Shown here: piece after piece, positions 25,580 through 35,296 of the stretch
Position numbering within the stretch: the first letter of the stretch is position 1
Layout: each line of letters starts with the position of its first letter
The notes under the pieces: model-generated
Told to the model about the DNA's origin: nothing
What the model saw: only the letters and a program-made list of their open reading frames with translations
Database searches by the model: none
Made by a program: the position numbers and the translations under genes
Origin: an uncultured delta proteobacterium
Lineage (GTDB): Bacteria > Desulfobacterota > Desulfobacteria > Desulfobacterales > JAFDCJ01
Reading direction: 5' to 3'
Length of the DNA: 64,000 bases
NCBI GenBank assembly: GCA_963769935.1
Contig: CAVYNY010000038.1
Location: 32,001-96,000 of the forward strand

Positions 25580-28300
25580 CTATTTGGCTTTCAGGCCGGC
25601 CAGCACTTTTTCCGGCAGGGCCGGCAGTTGGGTGATACGCACCCCCGTAGCGTTGTTGATGGCATTGATCACCGCTACGTGGGAGGATGTCAGCGGCAGT
25701 TCACCGACACCGGCCGCACCAAAGGGCCCGTGTTCGCGCGGATTTTCGAAGTAATGAATTTCGATGGCATCCGGAATGGCATTGATGTAAGGGATGCCGC
25801 AGGCCGCCAGGCTGGTGTGCTTTTTGAGGTCTTCGAAATCCTCCGACAGGGCCAGTCCGATACCCTGAGCCACGCCGCCGTAAATCTGCCCGTCCACGAC
25901 CAGTTTGTTGTTGATTTTACCCACATCGGCCATGACCGTGTATTTGTCCACCTGGGTCTTGCCGCTCTGGGTGTCCACGGTGACTTCGGCCATAAAGACC
26001 CCGTACATGTAAACGGCAAAAGGTGAGCCCTGCCCGTTTTCATCGCAGGGCGAACACATGGAGGCCGTCCATTTGCCGGAATACTTCAAGGGGATATTCT
26101 CCGCCTTCATCTCCGCATAGGTGCGGTAAGCGCCGTCTTTCTTGCGCATGGCGTTGAGCAGCATCTCGCAGCCGTTCTTGATGGCGTTGCCGGTCATCAC
26201 CTGTGAGCGGCTGCCGCCGGCCGGACCGCTGTTGGGGGTCACGGCGGTATCGTTCATGAGAAGCCTGATCCGGTCGGGAGCGAGATTCAGCGGGCGCAAC
26301 GCCTCGTGGCAGGTACCGAGGGCGCCCATGTCGGCCCCCTGTCCGTGGTCTTCCCATGAGCAGGCCAGCACAACTCCCTCGGGCGTCAGTTCCACACTCG
26401 CCTCCGAGGCGTCCGGGCCGTCCAAGCCGCAGCCGTAGATTCCAAGCGACAGCCCAACCCCCTTTCTCTGCGCGTCAGTCGATTCAGCCCTGGCATTTTT
26501 GAGGGCGGCCTGGTAGAGGGGCCGCAGTTTATCGAACATTTCCGGGAAGCTGTAAACTTCCGGCGCCTGACCGGTAGGGGCGGTATCGCCGGGACGGTAG
26601 ATGTTTTTGTACCGCAGCTCCAGGGGGTCGATGCCCATCTTTTCAGCAAGTTCGTCCATCAGGCTTTCGGATGCCAGAAAACTCTGCGGAGAGCCATAGG
26701 CGCGGAAGGCAGAGCCCCAGGCATGGTTGGTGCACACGGTCCTGCCCAGGCCGCGGATGTTGGGGATGCCGTAGCCCGAACCGATGAACTGGGCCCCGCG
26801 CACAGTCAGCAGGTCGCCGAACTCCGAATAGGGGCCGTGGTCTACCGCCCAGTCGCTTTCCATGGCGATGATCTTGCCGCTCTCATCCGCACCGTATTTA
26901 AGCTTGATGAAAAACGGCGAACGTTTGCCGGTGTAAGTGATGTGCTGGAAGTAGTCGTATTTCAAGGTTACCGGTTTACCGGTGGCGATGGCCGCCACCC
27001 CGAGGAGGGCCTCCATGGTCGGGCTGAACTTATAGCCGAAGGTTCCGCCCGCGGGATTCTGGACGATCCGCAGCTTTTCAGGCTCGATGCCGAGACCGGG
27101 ACAGATCATCGCGTGATGCAGGTGGATGCCGATGCTTTTCGAATGGATGCACAGCCGGTCTTCATCATCGAAGTAGGCCAGGCCGACGTCCGGCTCCATG
27201 GTGAGGTGCGGCTGGCGCTGCAGGTAGAATTCGTCTTCGACCACGTTAGCGGCCGACTGCATGAGGGGTCCGGTGTCATCGCCCTTGGCGATCTTCTGCT
27301 CGTAGTAGACGTTGGGGGTGCCGGGGTGGATCTCCATGGCATCTTCGGCCATGGCGGCGGGCGCACTCATGTAAGCGGGCAGTTCCTCCAACTCAACCAT
27401 GACCTTTTCAGCCGCAGCCCGGGCATTGGCCTCCGTGTCCGCGGCTACGATGGCGATGGCGTCGCCGAACTGGAAGACTTTTTCGTCGCACAGAATGGGG
27501 CGATCCCAGCCGTCGCCCTTGTTGGAGGCGAACGTGATCAGACCGGTGATGCGGTTTTTGCCTTTAACATCTTTGTGGGTGATGACTTTGGCCACGCCGG
27601 GCATCTTTTCGGCTAGGGAGGTATCAATGGATAAAATCTTGGCATGGGACACCTTGGCCTGGACCAGGGCCAGTCTCAGGGTACCGGGCGGCATTTTAAG
27701 GCCCAGATCGGCCCCGTAGTCGGTGGTTCCGGTGACCTTGGCCACGGCCGAGGGCCGCGGATAGGCCGTGCCCCAGATCCGGCCGTCGGCCGGCAGTTTA
27801 AACGCCAGATCTTTCAAAGTCATCTCGCCCCGCACCACCTTGGCCGCGTCCATGACGGCATCCACCAGCGGCTTGTAGCCGGTGCAGCGGCAGGCGTTGC
27901 GGTGCTTCTGGAACCAATCCCGCACCTGCCGGCGTGTGGGAGCGTTGTTTTCGTCAAGCAGGCCCTTGGCCGAAACAATGAAACCGGGGCTGCAGAACCC
28001 GCACTGGGCGCCGCCGTGTACGGTCCAGGCCAGCTGCAGGGCATGCAGGTTGTCGGGGGTGCCGATGCCCTCGATGGTGGTGACACAGGCGCCGTCCTCC
28101 ACGCGTTTCACTTTGGTAATACAGGAGCGGACAACCTTGCCGTCCAGAATCACCGAACAGCAGCCGCACTGCCCCTGGCCGCACCCCACCTTGGTCCCGG
28201 TGAGTTTCAGCTGCTCCCTCAACACGTCCGCGAGCATGGTGTCGGGCTCCACGATGACGGTCTTGGGCATGCCGTTGATATGAAGCGTCCTTTTGATCAT
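25580..28300 (-). CDS. mop: Molybdopterin-dependent aldehyde oxidoreductase (Desulfovibrio MOP-type)
   Basis: 906 aa; motifs KVGCGQGQCG, QCGFCSPG, RNACRCTGY, GGTFGYKFSPT, AFRAYGSPQ, WEDHGQG, SGPAGGSR and GVGELP. Confidence 0.95.
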   Translation of the reverse strand: MIKRTLHINGMPKTVIVEPDTMLADVLREQLKLTGTKVGCGQGQCGCCSVILDGKVVRSCITKVKRVEDGACVTTIEGIGTPDNLHALQLAWTVHGGAQCGFCSPGFIVSAKGLLDENNAPTRRQVRDWFQKHRNACRCTGYKPLVDAVMDAAKVVRGEMTLKDLAFKLPADGRIWGTAYPRPSAVAKVTGTTDYGADLGLKMPPGTLRLALVQAKVSHAKILSIDTSLAEKMPGVAKVITHKDVKGKNRITGLITFASNKGDGWDRPILCDEKVFQFGDAIAIVAADTEANARAAAEKVMVELEELPAYMSAPAAMAEDAMEIHPGTPNVYYEQKIAKGDDTGPLMQSAANVVEDEFYLQRQPHLTMEPDVGLAYFDDEDRLCIHSKSIGIHLHHAMICPGLGIEPEKLRIVQNPAGGTFGYKFSPTMEALLGVAAIATGKPVTLKYDYFQHITYTGKRSPFFIKLKYGADESGKIIAMESDWAVDHGPYSEFGDLLTVRGAQFIGSGYGIPNIRGLGRTVCTNHAWGSAFRAYGSPQSFLASESLMDELAEKMGIDPLELRYKNIYRPGDTAPTGQAPEVYSFPEMFDKLRPLYQAALKNARAESTDAQRKGVGLSLGIYGCGLDGPDASEASVELTPEGVVLACSWEDHGQGADMGALGTCHEALRPLNLAPDRIRLLMNDTAVTPNSGPAGGSRSQVMTGNAIKNGCEMLLNAMRKKDGAYRTYAEMKAENIPLKYSGKWTASMCSPCDENGQGSPFAVYMYGVFMAEVTVDTQSGKTQVDKYTVMADVGKINNKLVVDGQIYGGVAQGIGLALSEDFEDLKKHTSLAACGIPYINAIPDAIEIHYFENPREHGPFGAAGVGELPLTSSHVAVINAINNATGVRITQLPALPEKVLAGLKAK

Positions 28301-28399
28301 CGCTGACCTCCTTTTTTTATCTGCTTATGGTTCAAAATGCCTATTGCAATTACCAACTTTATTCTGACATTGAAATCCTGGCCCTGGGGACAGGATGAT

Positions 28400-29419
28400 T
28401 CACTTGCCGAATCCGCATTGGGGAAAGTTGCATTGCGCGCAGCCGGAGCAGAAACCACCGTAGCCCAATCCGATGAAATCCGCGCGGGTGAGGGTTTCGC
28501 CCGCCAGGATGCGCGGTACGATCAGATCGAAGATGCTGGTGCGGTAATACATGACGCATCCGGGCAGGCCGATAATCGGTACCGCCCCCAGGTAGGCCAG
28601 CATGAACATGGCTCCGGGAAAGACCGGTGCGCCGTAAGTCACGACATGAGCGCCGGTATCCTGAATAGCCGCCGGCGTGCGGTCGTCCGGGTCAACCGAC
28701 ATACCGCCGGTTACAGCCACCATCCCGGCCCCTTCGTCGAGGAATTTTCGAATGGCGCGTGCCGTCATGGCAGGGTCATCCGAGACGAATACCTGGCCCA
28801 TTACAGGGCAGCCCAGTTCGGCGAATTTGACGTGCAGCACCGGGCCGAACTTGTCTTCGATCCGGCCGTGAAACACTTCGCTGCCCGTGGTGACGATGCC
28901 GACCGGGAGTGCGCGCAGCGCCTTGACCTGAATCACCGGGGAATATTCCCGGCAGATCGATTCGACGCGCCGAACATTCTCTTCACGGGTGACCAGCGGA
29001 ATGATGCGGGTGCCGCCTATCGGCTGGTTGCATTCGACCGGCAGGTTGCCGTGCAGCGTCGCAAAGACGACGTCATCGACGGAATTGATCTGCCTCAGGG
29101 CCTCGGGAGCCACTTTCAGAAGTCCATTCAGGGACGCTGTAAGGTTTACCCGCCCTTCGCTGGGGGATGTCAGCTGCAGGCCGGGCCCGGCGGCCGCCGA
29201 GGCAATGCGCGTGGCTGCATCATCCTCGTGAAGGTACCCTTCAGCAAGATCGTAGACATAGACATTGGCTTTGCCCATGTCCAGAAGCGCCTCGACGTCC
29301 TGGGATCTGATGATGTGACCTTTTTTGAAGGCCGGCCCCTTGTGCCCGCCCTTAACAATACGGGTGGCATCGTGGCACAATACCATGCCGACGGCATCAT
29401 AAACGGAAACGCTTTTCAC
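28400..29419 (-). CDS. MoeA-related molybdopterin-binding protein (MoCF biosynthesis domain)
   Basis: Motifs AVGMVLCHD, FKKGH, HEDDAA, TTGSEV, TGGMSVDPDDRTP and PGAMF; C-terminal CSGCAQCNFPQCGFGK. Confidence 0.85.
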   Translation of the reverse strand: MKSVSVYDAVGMVLCHDATRIVKGGHKGPAFKKGHIIRSQDVEALLDMGKANVYVYDLAEGYLHEDDAATRIASAAAGPGLQLTSPSEGRVNLTASLNGLLKVAPEALRQINSVDDVVFATLHGNLPVECNQPIGGTRIIPLVTREENVRRVESICREYSPVIQVKALRALPVGIVTTGSEVFHGRIEDKFGPVLHVKFAELGCPVMGQVFVSDDPAMTARAIRKFLDEGAGMVAVTGGMSVDPDDRTPAAIQDTGAHVVTYGAPVFPGAMFMLAYLGAVPIIGLPGCVMYYRTSIFDLIVPRILAGETLTRADFIGLGYGGFCSGCAQCNFPQCGFGK

Positions 29420-29579
29420 GGTGAGTCTTCCTTAGTCGGATAATGGGACGCTATCCGGTTGACCCGGCTCAGACGACACCCCACCCCGCATGAGATGTTG
29501 GTTATGGTCAAAAAATATCCTTATTAGTTATTAAATTTTAAGATAGAAGTTTTATTGAAGCCTATTAACAAATAATGCC

Positions 29580-29601
29580 GCTATATCATCATTGACATAG
29601 C
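29580..29601. promoter_or_regulatory. ModE-box-like palindrome GCTATATCA-TCAT-TGACATAGC in the divergent promoter region
   Basis: Near-perfect palindrome, closely matching the 3947 site, in an AT-rich divergent intergenic region. Confidence 0.65.
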
Positions 29602-29830
29602 CTGACTTATATGTTAAACCCCTACCCGCTGTCAAGTCAAAAGGGTATTAATTAAAATATGTATTTATTTCAAATAAATATACTAAATCAGCTTGCCGGC
29701 TTAGCGCTCGCCGACATATACCGAAAATTCAACCATATGGGTTATAAATGGGAATTATTTGTCATAATAAGTGTTAAAATTATAGGGAATAATGACTATA
29801 TTAACTGTAAAATTCAAATAAGATAGATAA

Positions 29831-30637
29831 ATGGATAGTTATATGACTTTTTCGGGCCTCTTACGGCTCGATGCAGGGCAGGCTCTGGAATCCATCGTCC
29901 GACTCAGTACCGAGTTAGAGCACGAGGTTGCTTCGAACCTCATCAATGAAAAGCTGATCGATGATTGGTGGTTGCGAGCCCGTAAATTTGACAGCCACGG
30001 TCCGGGCTACTGGCTGCTGCTGGTTCGCCTGGCCGAGGCGGCCTTGCTGTGCGCCGGAAATTACGCCGACAACTGCGAATACGAGGCTGCGGGTGATTTC
30101 CTGGTGAATCCCCGGCAAATTCTGGTCCGCCGAATGGCCGACGGCCGTGCAACGCCCAAGAACCGGCATGGACGCCTTTCGGATCAGTTCGGCCTTGCAG
30201 GCGTCAAGCGCTGTCATTTGATGAAACGATTCTCAGCCGGCGTGTCCCTGGAGATCACCAAACCTCCGTTGCTTCCGCACATGACCCAAGTTCTCAGACG
30301 GTCCAAGTGCATATCTCCGTCATATCTCGAGCGGCTGGAGGAAAGCCGGCGCCGCATTGCCGACACGTTGGCCTTTCTGGCTGCGTGGCGCATTTTCGAT
30401 TCAGCGGAATTGCGGCGGCGGCTGCAGGCAACTTCAGAGCGGGAAAGAATTTTTGCCGAATCCCATCTGTGCCGGTTCGATACGCAGATCTTCGATCAGA
30501 TTGGCGTGAGTCTAAAGCGAAGTCTGGCGGAGCCGGATTACCGCAGCCCGTTTCTGGCCGAACCCCATTTGAGTGAAAACAAATTGCAGCGAATATCGCC
30601 GGAGACCCTCCGGACGCTCGCCGGTTCGCCGGCCTGA
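29831..30637 (+). CDS. Hypothetical protein (268 aa)
   Basis: Long ORF heading the + strand operon, 15 bp before the next gene; no recognised motif. Confidence 0.7.
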   Translation: MDSYMTFSGLLRLDAGQALESIVRLSTELEHEVASNLINEKLIDDWWLRARKFDSHGPGYWLLLVRLAEAALLCAGNYADNCEYEAAGDFLVNPRQILVRRMADGRATPKNRHGRLSDQFGLAGVKRCHLMKRFSAGVSLEITKPPLLPHMTQVLRRSKCISPSYLERLEESRRRIADTLAFLAAWRIFDSAELRRRLQATSERERIFAESHLCRFDTQIFDQIGVSLKRSLAEPDYRSPFLAEPHLSENKLQRISPETLRTLAGSPA

Positions 30638-30652
30638 ATCATCGGGTAAGCT

Positions 30653-31276
30653 ATGACAATGCTATACCTGTTGCGCCATGGGGCGATCGATTGGCCGGAA
30701 GCCAGGTGCTTCATCGGGCAAACGGATGCCCCGCTCAGCACGGAAGGCCGGTTGCAGGCCAAGTACTGGCGAAAAGAATTACGGAAGCTGGCGTTCACCG
30801 CCGTATGGTCGAGCGATCTGCGGCGTGCGGCCGAAACAGCTGAAATCATTTTTGCCGGCCGCCGGGCAGATCTTCAGACCTGCAGGCAACTGCGGGAAAT
30901 TCAGCTCGGCGAGTGGGAGGGGATGCCCCGGGTCCGCGTGAGGGAGCACCACTCCGACCTCTGGTCCGCCCGCGGCAAAGATATGGCCGGTTTCAGACCC
31001 CCGGGAGGCGAGAGCTTTCGGGATGTGCAGCAGCGTGTGGTCCCGCTGGTTATGCGGATTGCTGCGCAAACACCGGAAAGCGCATGCCTGGTCACGCACG
31101 CCGGGGTTATTCGCGTGCTGATATGCCATTTCCTGCAGATGCCGTTGTCGAATCTTTTTCGAATCCATCTGGATTACGGAAGCCTGAGCATTGTTTCATA
31201 TTCATCTGCGCACTTCCAGGTATGTGTTCTCAACCTTAGACCGGTAGAAAATCCTGGTCCAGCTTCCTGCCCGTAG
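30653..31276 (+). CDS. Histidine phosphatase (PGAM/CobC-like)
   Basis: Motifs LLRHG, SSDLRRA, LREIQLGEWEG, GGES and VTHAGV. Confidence 0.9.
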   Translation: MTMLYLLRHGAIDWPEARCFIGQTDAPLSTEGRLQAKYWRKELRKLAFTAVWSSDLRRAAETAEIIFAGRRADLQTCRQLREIQLGEWEGMPRVRVREHHSDLWSARGKDMAGFRPPGGESFRDVQQRVVPLVMRIAAQTPESACLVTHAGVIRVLICHFLQMPLSNLFRIHLDYGSLSIVSYSSAHFQVCVLNLRPVENPGPASCP

Positions 31277-31359
31277 GCAACAGCCCGGAGGGAGAACCAG
31301 GTTTCCAATTTTAACATAATCCGTTGCTGCTCCCCCAACGGGGGAACTTGGAGGTAAGC

Positions 31360-32241
31360 ATGATCCTGTCAGAGTTTGAGTTTTACGAGCCCACTTCGGT
31401 TGCTGAAGCCTGTGACATGATGGCCGGCCACCCGGGAAAAGCCCGGCCCCTTGCAGGGGGTACCGACCTTCTGGTGAACATGAAAAAGAAGGTCCTGAAT
31501 CCGCAGTACCTGATATCGCTGATGCGCATTGCGGAACTCTCCCGGCTGGAAAGATCCAATGGAACGCTTTGGATCGGAGCCGGTGTTTCAGTGTCCGAGA
31601 TCGCCGCCTCCGAGGCGGTTGCCGGAAACCTCAGTGCCCTGGGCCAGGGCGCCCGCGCATTGGGAACTCCCCTGATCCGAAATCTGGCGACTATCGGCGG
31701 CAACATCGGTTCGGCCCGGCCGGCGGCCGACCTGCCGCCGTCGCTGATGGTTTACGACGCCGAACTGTTGTTGGCCGGCACTTCCGGGGAACGCCGCATG
31801 CCCATCGAGGCCTTTTTCAAAGGCCCCGGCCTGACCGCAACCCGCCAGGATGAAGTCATCACGGCCGTCGTCGTTGAAATACGCGAAGGATATTCCGGCG
31901 CAGGTTACCTGAATCTGGGCGTCCGTAAAGCCCAGGACTGCAACATCGTCAATGTGGCATCCTTCCTGGAGCTGGACGAAAAGGCCGAACGCATTCAGAC
32001 CGCCCGCATTGCTCTGGGTTCCGTCGGCCCCACGCCCTTGCGGGCGTTCAAGGCCGAAAAAGTGCTGGCGGGCCAAAAGCCGGACGCACGACTATTCGAG
32101 CAAGCAGCCGAGGCCGCCTCGCATGACTGTACACCGATTCTGGATTTTCGCGGATCGGCCGAATACCGGCGTTCCATGGTGGCGGTGTTGACCCGCAGGA
32201 CCCTGGCTACGGCCCTGGCCGAAGCCCGAAGCAGAACATAA
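31360..32241 (+). CDS. Xanthine dehydrogenase-family FAD-binding subunit (CoxM-like)
   Basis: Motifs AGGTDL, IRNLATIGGN, AD and DFRGSAEYR; no [4Fe-4S] insertion. ATG 31360 behind GGAGG. Confidence 0.9.
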   Translation: MILSEFEFYEPTSVAEACDMMAGHPGKARPLAGGTDLLVNMKKKVLNPQYLISLMRIAELSRLERSNGTLWIGAGVSVSEIAASEAVAGNLSALGQGARALGTPLIRNLATIGGNIGSARPAADLPPSLMVYDAELLLAGTSGERRMPIEAFFKGPGLTATRQDEVITAVVVEIREGYSGAGYLNLGVRKAQDCNIVNVASFLELDEKAERIQTARIALGSVGPTPLRAFKAEKVLAGQKPDARLFEQAAEAASHDCTPILDFRGSAEYRRSMVAVLTRRTLATALAEARSRT

Positions 32242-32251
32242 GGAGGAAAAC

Positions 32252-32755
32252 ATGAAGCATTTGATCCGTTTGACCGTCAACGACAGGGCCTATGAACTGG
32301 CAGTGGAACCGAACACCACCCTGGTCGATCTGCTGCGCTACCACATCGGATTGACGGGCACCAAAAAAGGATGCGACCTGGGAGACTGCGGCGCCTGCAC
32401 GGTGCTGATGGACGGCAAGGCCGTCAACTCCTGCCTGGTGCTCGCGGTTCAGGCCGGCGGTCGAACGATTCAGACCATTGAAGGATTGGCAACCGCCCAG
32501 GGACCCCACCCTCTGCAGCAGGCTTTCATCGCGCATGGCGCCATTCAGTGCGGTTTCTGTACTTCGGGCATGATTCTATCGGCCAAGTCGCTTTTGGATC
32601 GAACGCCGAATCCGCAGGAGCCGGAGATCCGACGCGCCATTTCGGGCAACCTCTGCCGCTGCACCGGCTACCAGAAAATCATCGAGGCCGTCAAGGAGGT
32701 GGGCGCCGACCAGGGGTTGTCTACCGCCCCGGGCGACGCCGAATCCGACGTCTGA
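32252..32755 (+). CDS. Xanthine dehydrogenase-family (2Fe-2S) subunit (CoxS-like)
   Basis: Motifs GCDLGDCGACTV, QCGFCT and GNLCRCTGY. Confidence 0.93.
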   Translation: MKHLIRLTVNDRAYELAVEPNTTLVDLLRYHIGLTGTKKGCDLGDCGACTVLMDGKAVNSCLVLAVQAGGRTIQTIEGLATAQGPHPLQQAFIAHGAIQCGFCTSGMILSAKSLLDRTPNPQEPEIRRAISGNLCRCTGYQKIIEAVKEVGADQGLSTAPGDAESDV

Positions 32756-32820
32756 CGACAACCATAAAGCGTTGCGTCCTTTTGAATGATGCAACCTGCG
32801 CATATTCCATGGAGGATAAA

Positions 32821-35184
32821 ATGAGCAACTTTCAAGTGATCAACAGCCGGCTTCCCCGTTTGGATGCGCCCGCCAAGGCCAGCGGCCAGGCGGTGTTCAT
32901 CGACGACATGTCCTTCCCGGGCATGCTGCACGCGGCCTTGCTGCATAGTCCGGTGCCGCATGCCCGCCTATTGGGAATCGACACCTCCAGGGCCGAACGT
33001 CTGCCCGGGGTTAAGGCGGTAATAACATCCAAAGATGCCGGTCTGGTGCATTACGGGGTCAGTCCGGCCCGCTATGATGAAACCGTATTCTGCCACGACC
33101 GGGTGCGCTATGTCGGCGATGAGATTGCGGCGGTGGCGGCCGTCGACCGGGAAACGGCCGAGGAGGCGCTAAGCCTGATCAAGGTCGATTACGAGGAGCT
33201 GCCCGCGCTGCTGACCATTGAGGATGCCATGGCCGAGGGGGCCCCGCAGCTGCATGACGAGTTTCCGCGCAACATCTCCGCCGAGGTGCACCAGGAGTTC
33301 GGCAACGTGGCCGAGGCCCTGAAGGCGTGCGATCTCGTTAAAACGATGACCTTCAAGAATAAGCGCCAGGACGGCGCCTTCCTTGAACCACCCGGCTGCA
33401 TCGCCGTCTTTGGCCCGGACGGCCGCCTGACCCTGCACAGCTCGACCCAAACGCCGCACTACGTTCAGCGTACGGTGGCCATGGTCCTGGGCTTGCCGGT
33501 AGGCCGCGTGCGCGTGGTCAAACCCTATGTGGGCGGCGGTTTCGGCATCAAGGCCGCCGCCAACACCGGTGAGCTGGCCGCCTGCCTGCTGGCGCGCAAA
33601 ACCGGCAAGCCCGTCAAGTTCATCTACTCGCGCGAGCAGGTCTTCATGCTGTGCCGCGCCCGGCACCAATTCGTGCACCATATGACCACCGGGGTTAAAA
33701 AAGACGGCACCCTGATGGCGCTGGAGCACGACTGCTATCTGGACGGCGGCGCCTATTCCAGCTTTGGAATTGCAACGGTCTACTACGCCGGCAGCCTGCT
33801 GGGAGGGCCTTACAAGCTGCCCAACATGAAGTACGACGGGTATCGGGTCTATACCAACAAGCCGACCTGCGGGGCGCAGCGCGGCCACGGGGGCGTGGCG
33901 GCACGCGCCGCCTGGGAGCAGCAGCTGGATATGATCGCCGAAGAGCTGGGCCTGGACCCCATCGATTTCAGGCTGAAAAACATGATGCAGGCCGGGGATG
34001 TGACCTGCAATGATCTCAACATGAGCAGCCTCGGAATGAAAGAGTGCATCGAAGCCGTGCGCAATTCCTCGGGCTGGGAGTCCAAGAAGGGCAAGCTTCC
34101 CAAAGGCAAGGGAATCGGCATGTCCTGTGGTTTTTTCGTGTCCGGAGCCGGCTACCCGATCTACCGGTCCGAAACCTACCACTGCACAGCCACGGTCAAA
34201 CTTGCCGAAGACGGCGGAACGGTCCAACTGTACTCCGCCTCGGCCGAGATCGGCCAGGGGTCGGACACGGCCTTCGGCATGATCGCCGCCGAGACGCTCG
34301 GCGTTTCGCTGAACAGCGTGCGGGTGATTTCCGGCGACACGGATTTCGGGGTGGATCTCGGGGCTTATTCCAGCCGGCAGACGCTGATGACGGGTCATGC
34401 CGTCAAAGAGGCGGCGGAAGACGCGAAACGCCAGGTACTGGCGGTGCTGGCGATTGAACTGAACGTGCCGGCGGCGGATATGGACATCAAAGCCGGACGC
34501 ATCGTATTTAAAGGCGAACCGCCGGACTTCAGCGGCCTTCGCAACCGCTACATCAAGGAGCACCGCGGGTGGACCGACAACCCCCGGGAAGATGCCCTGA
34601 CCTTCCGCGAAGCCTCGCGCATCGCCTACCTGGCCAAGGGTACCATCATCGGAACCGGCAAATACAAGCCGCCCGCGTTGGGCGGCAAATTCAAAGGGGC
34701 CGCGGTGGGCACCTCCCCGGCCTACGGGTGCTCGGCCCAGGTGGTGGAGGTGGAGGTGGACCTGGAAACCGGCAAGATCGTCATCGAAAAGATGACCGAC
34801 GCCCACGACTGCGGCCGGGCCATCAACCGCACATCCGTGGAAGGTCAAATGCAAGGCTCACTCGCCATGGGCATTGGTGAAGCGCTTTTCGAAGAAGTAA
34901 AGTTCGACGACCGCGGCCGGGTCATCAACTGCGATCTGGCGGAATACAAGCTGGTCACCGCGCTGGACATGCCGCCGGTGGATGCCATCATCGTCGAAAG
35001 CGATGAGCCCAACGGGCCTTTCGGTGCCAAGGAGGTGGGCGAAGGCGCCATCATGCCGACCATCCCGGCGATTCTAAACGCCGTTTACGACGCGACGGGC
35101 GTACGTATTTTCGAACTGCCGATGACCGGCGAGCGGATGCACGCGGCGCTCAAGGCAGAAAAGGACAAGCAGAAAAAATCCTGA
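32821..35184 (+). CDS. Xanthine dehydrogenase-family molybdopterin subunit, HcrA-like
   Basis: Motifs VGGGFG, GAQRGHGG, EIGQGS, SSRQT, HDCG, EGQMQG and GAKEVGEG. ATG 32821 behind GGAGG. Confidence 0.9.
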   Translation: MSNFQVINSRLPRLDAPAKASGQAVFIDDMSFPGMLHAALLHSPVPHARLLGIDTSRAERLPGVKAVITSKDAGLVHYGVSPARYDETVFCHDRVRYVGDEIAAVAAVDRETAEEALSLIKVDYEELPALLTIEDAMAEGAPQLHDEFPRNISAEVHQEFGNVAEALKACDLVKTMTFKNKRQDGAFLEPPGCIAVFGPDGRLTLHSSTQTPHYVQRTVAMVLGLPVGRVRVVKPYVGGGFGIKAAANTGELAACLLARKTGKPVKFIYSREQVFMLCRARHQFVHHMTTGVKKDGTLMALEHDCYLDGGAYSSFGIATVYYAGSLLGGPYKLPNMKYDGYRVYTNKPTCGAQRGHGGVAARAAWEQQLDMIAEELGLDPIDFRLKNMMQAGDVTCNDLNMSSLGMKECIEAVRNSSGWESKKGKLPKGKGIGMSCGFFVSGAGYPIYRSETYHCTATVKLAEDGGTVQLYSASAEIGQGSDTAFGMIAAETLGVSLNSVRVISGDTDFGVDLGAYSSRQTLMTGHAVKEAAEDAKRQVLAVLAIELNVPAADMDIKAGRIVFKGEPPDFSGLRNRYIKEHRGWTDNPREDALTFREASRIAYLAKGTIIGTGKYKPPALGGKFKGAAVGTSPAYGCSAQVVEVEVDLETGKIVIEKMTDAHDCGRAINRTSVEGQMQGSLAMGIGEALFEEVKFDDRGRVINCDLAEYKLVTALDMPPVDAIIVESDEPNGPFGAKEVGEGAIMPTIPAILNAVYDATGVRIFELPMTGERMHAALKAEKDKQKKS

Positions 35185-35296
35185 TCCGGAGGAGGCGGCT
35201 TTGACTTTACCTTCAAGGAGAACCGTTCACCTTTGGCCTTGAATGGAATAGTGGAATAGTGGATTAATGGAAAATTGGGGTTTGGACGAAGAGTCT

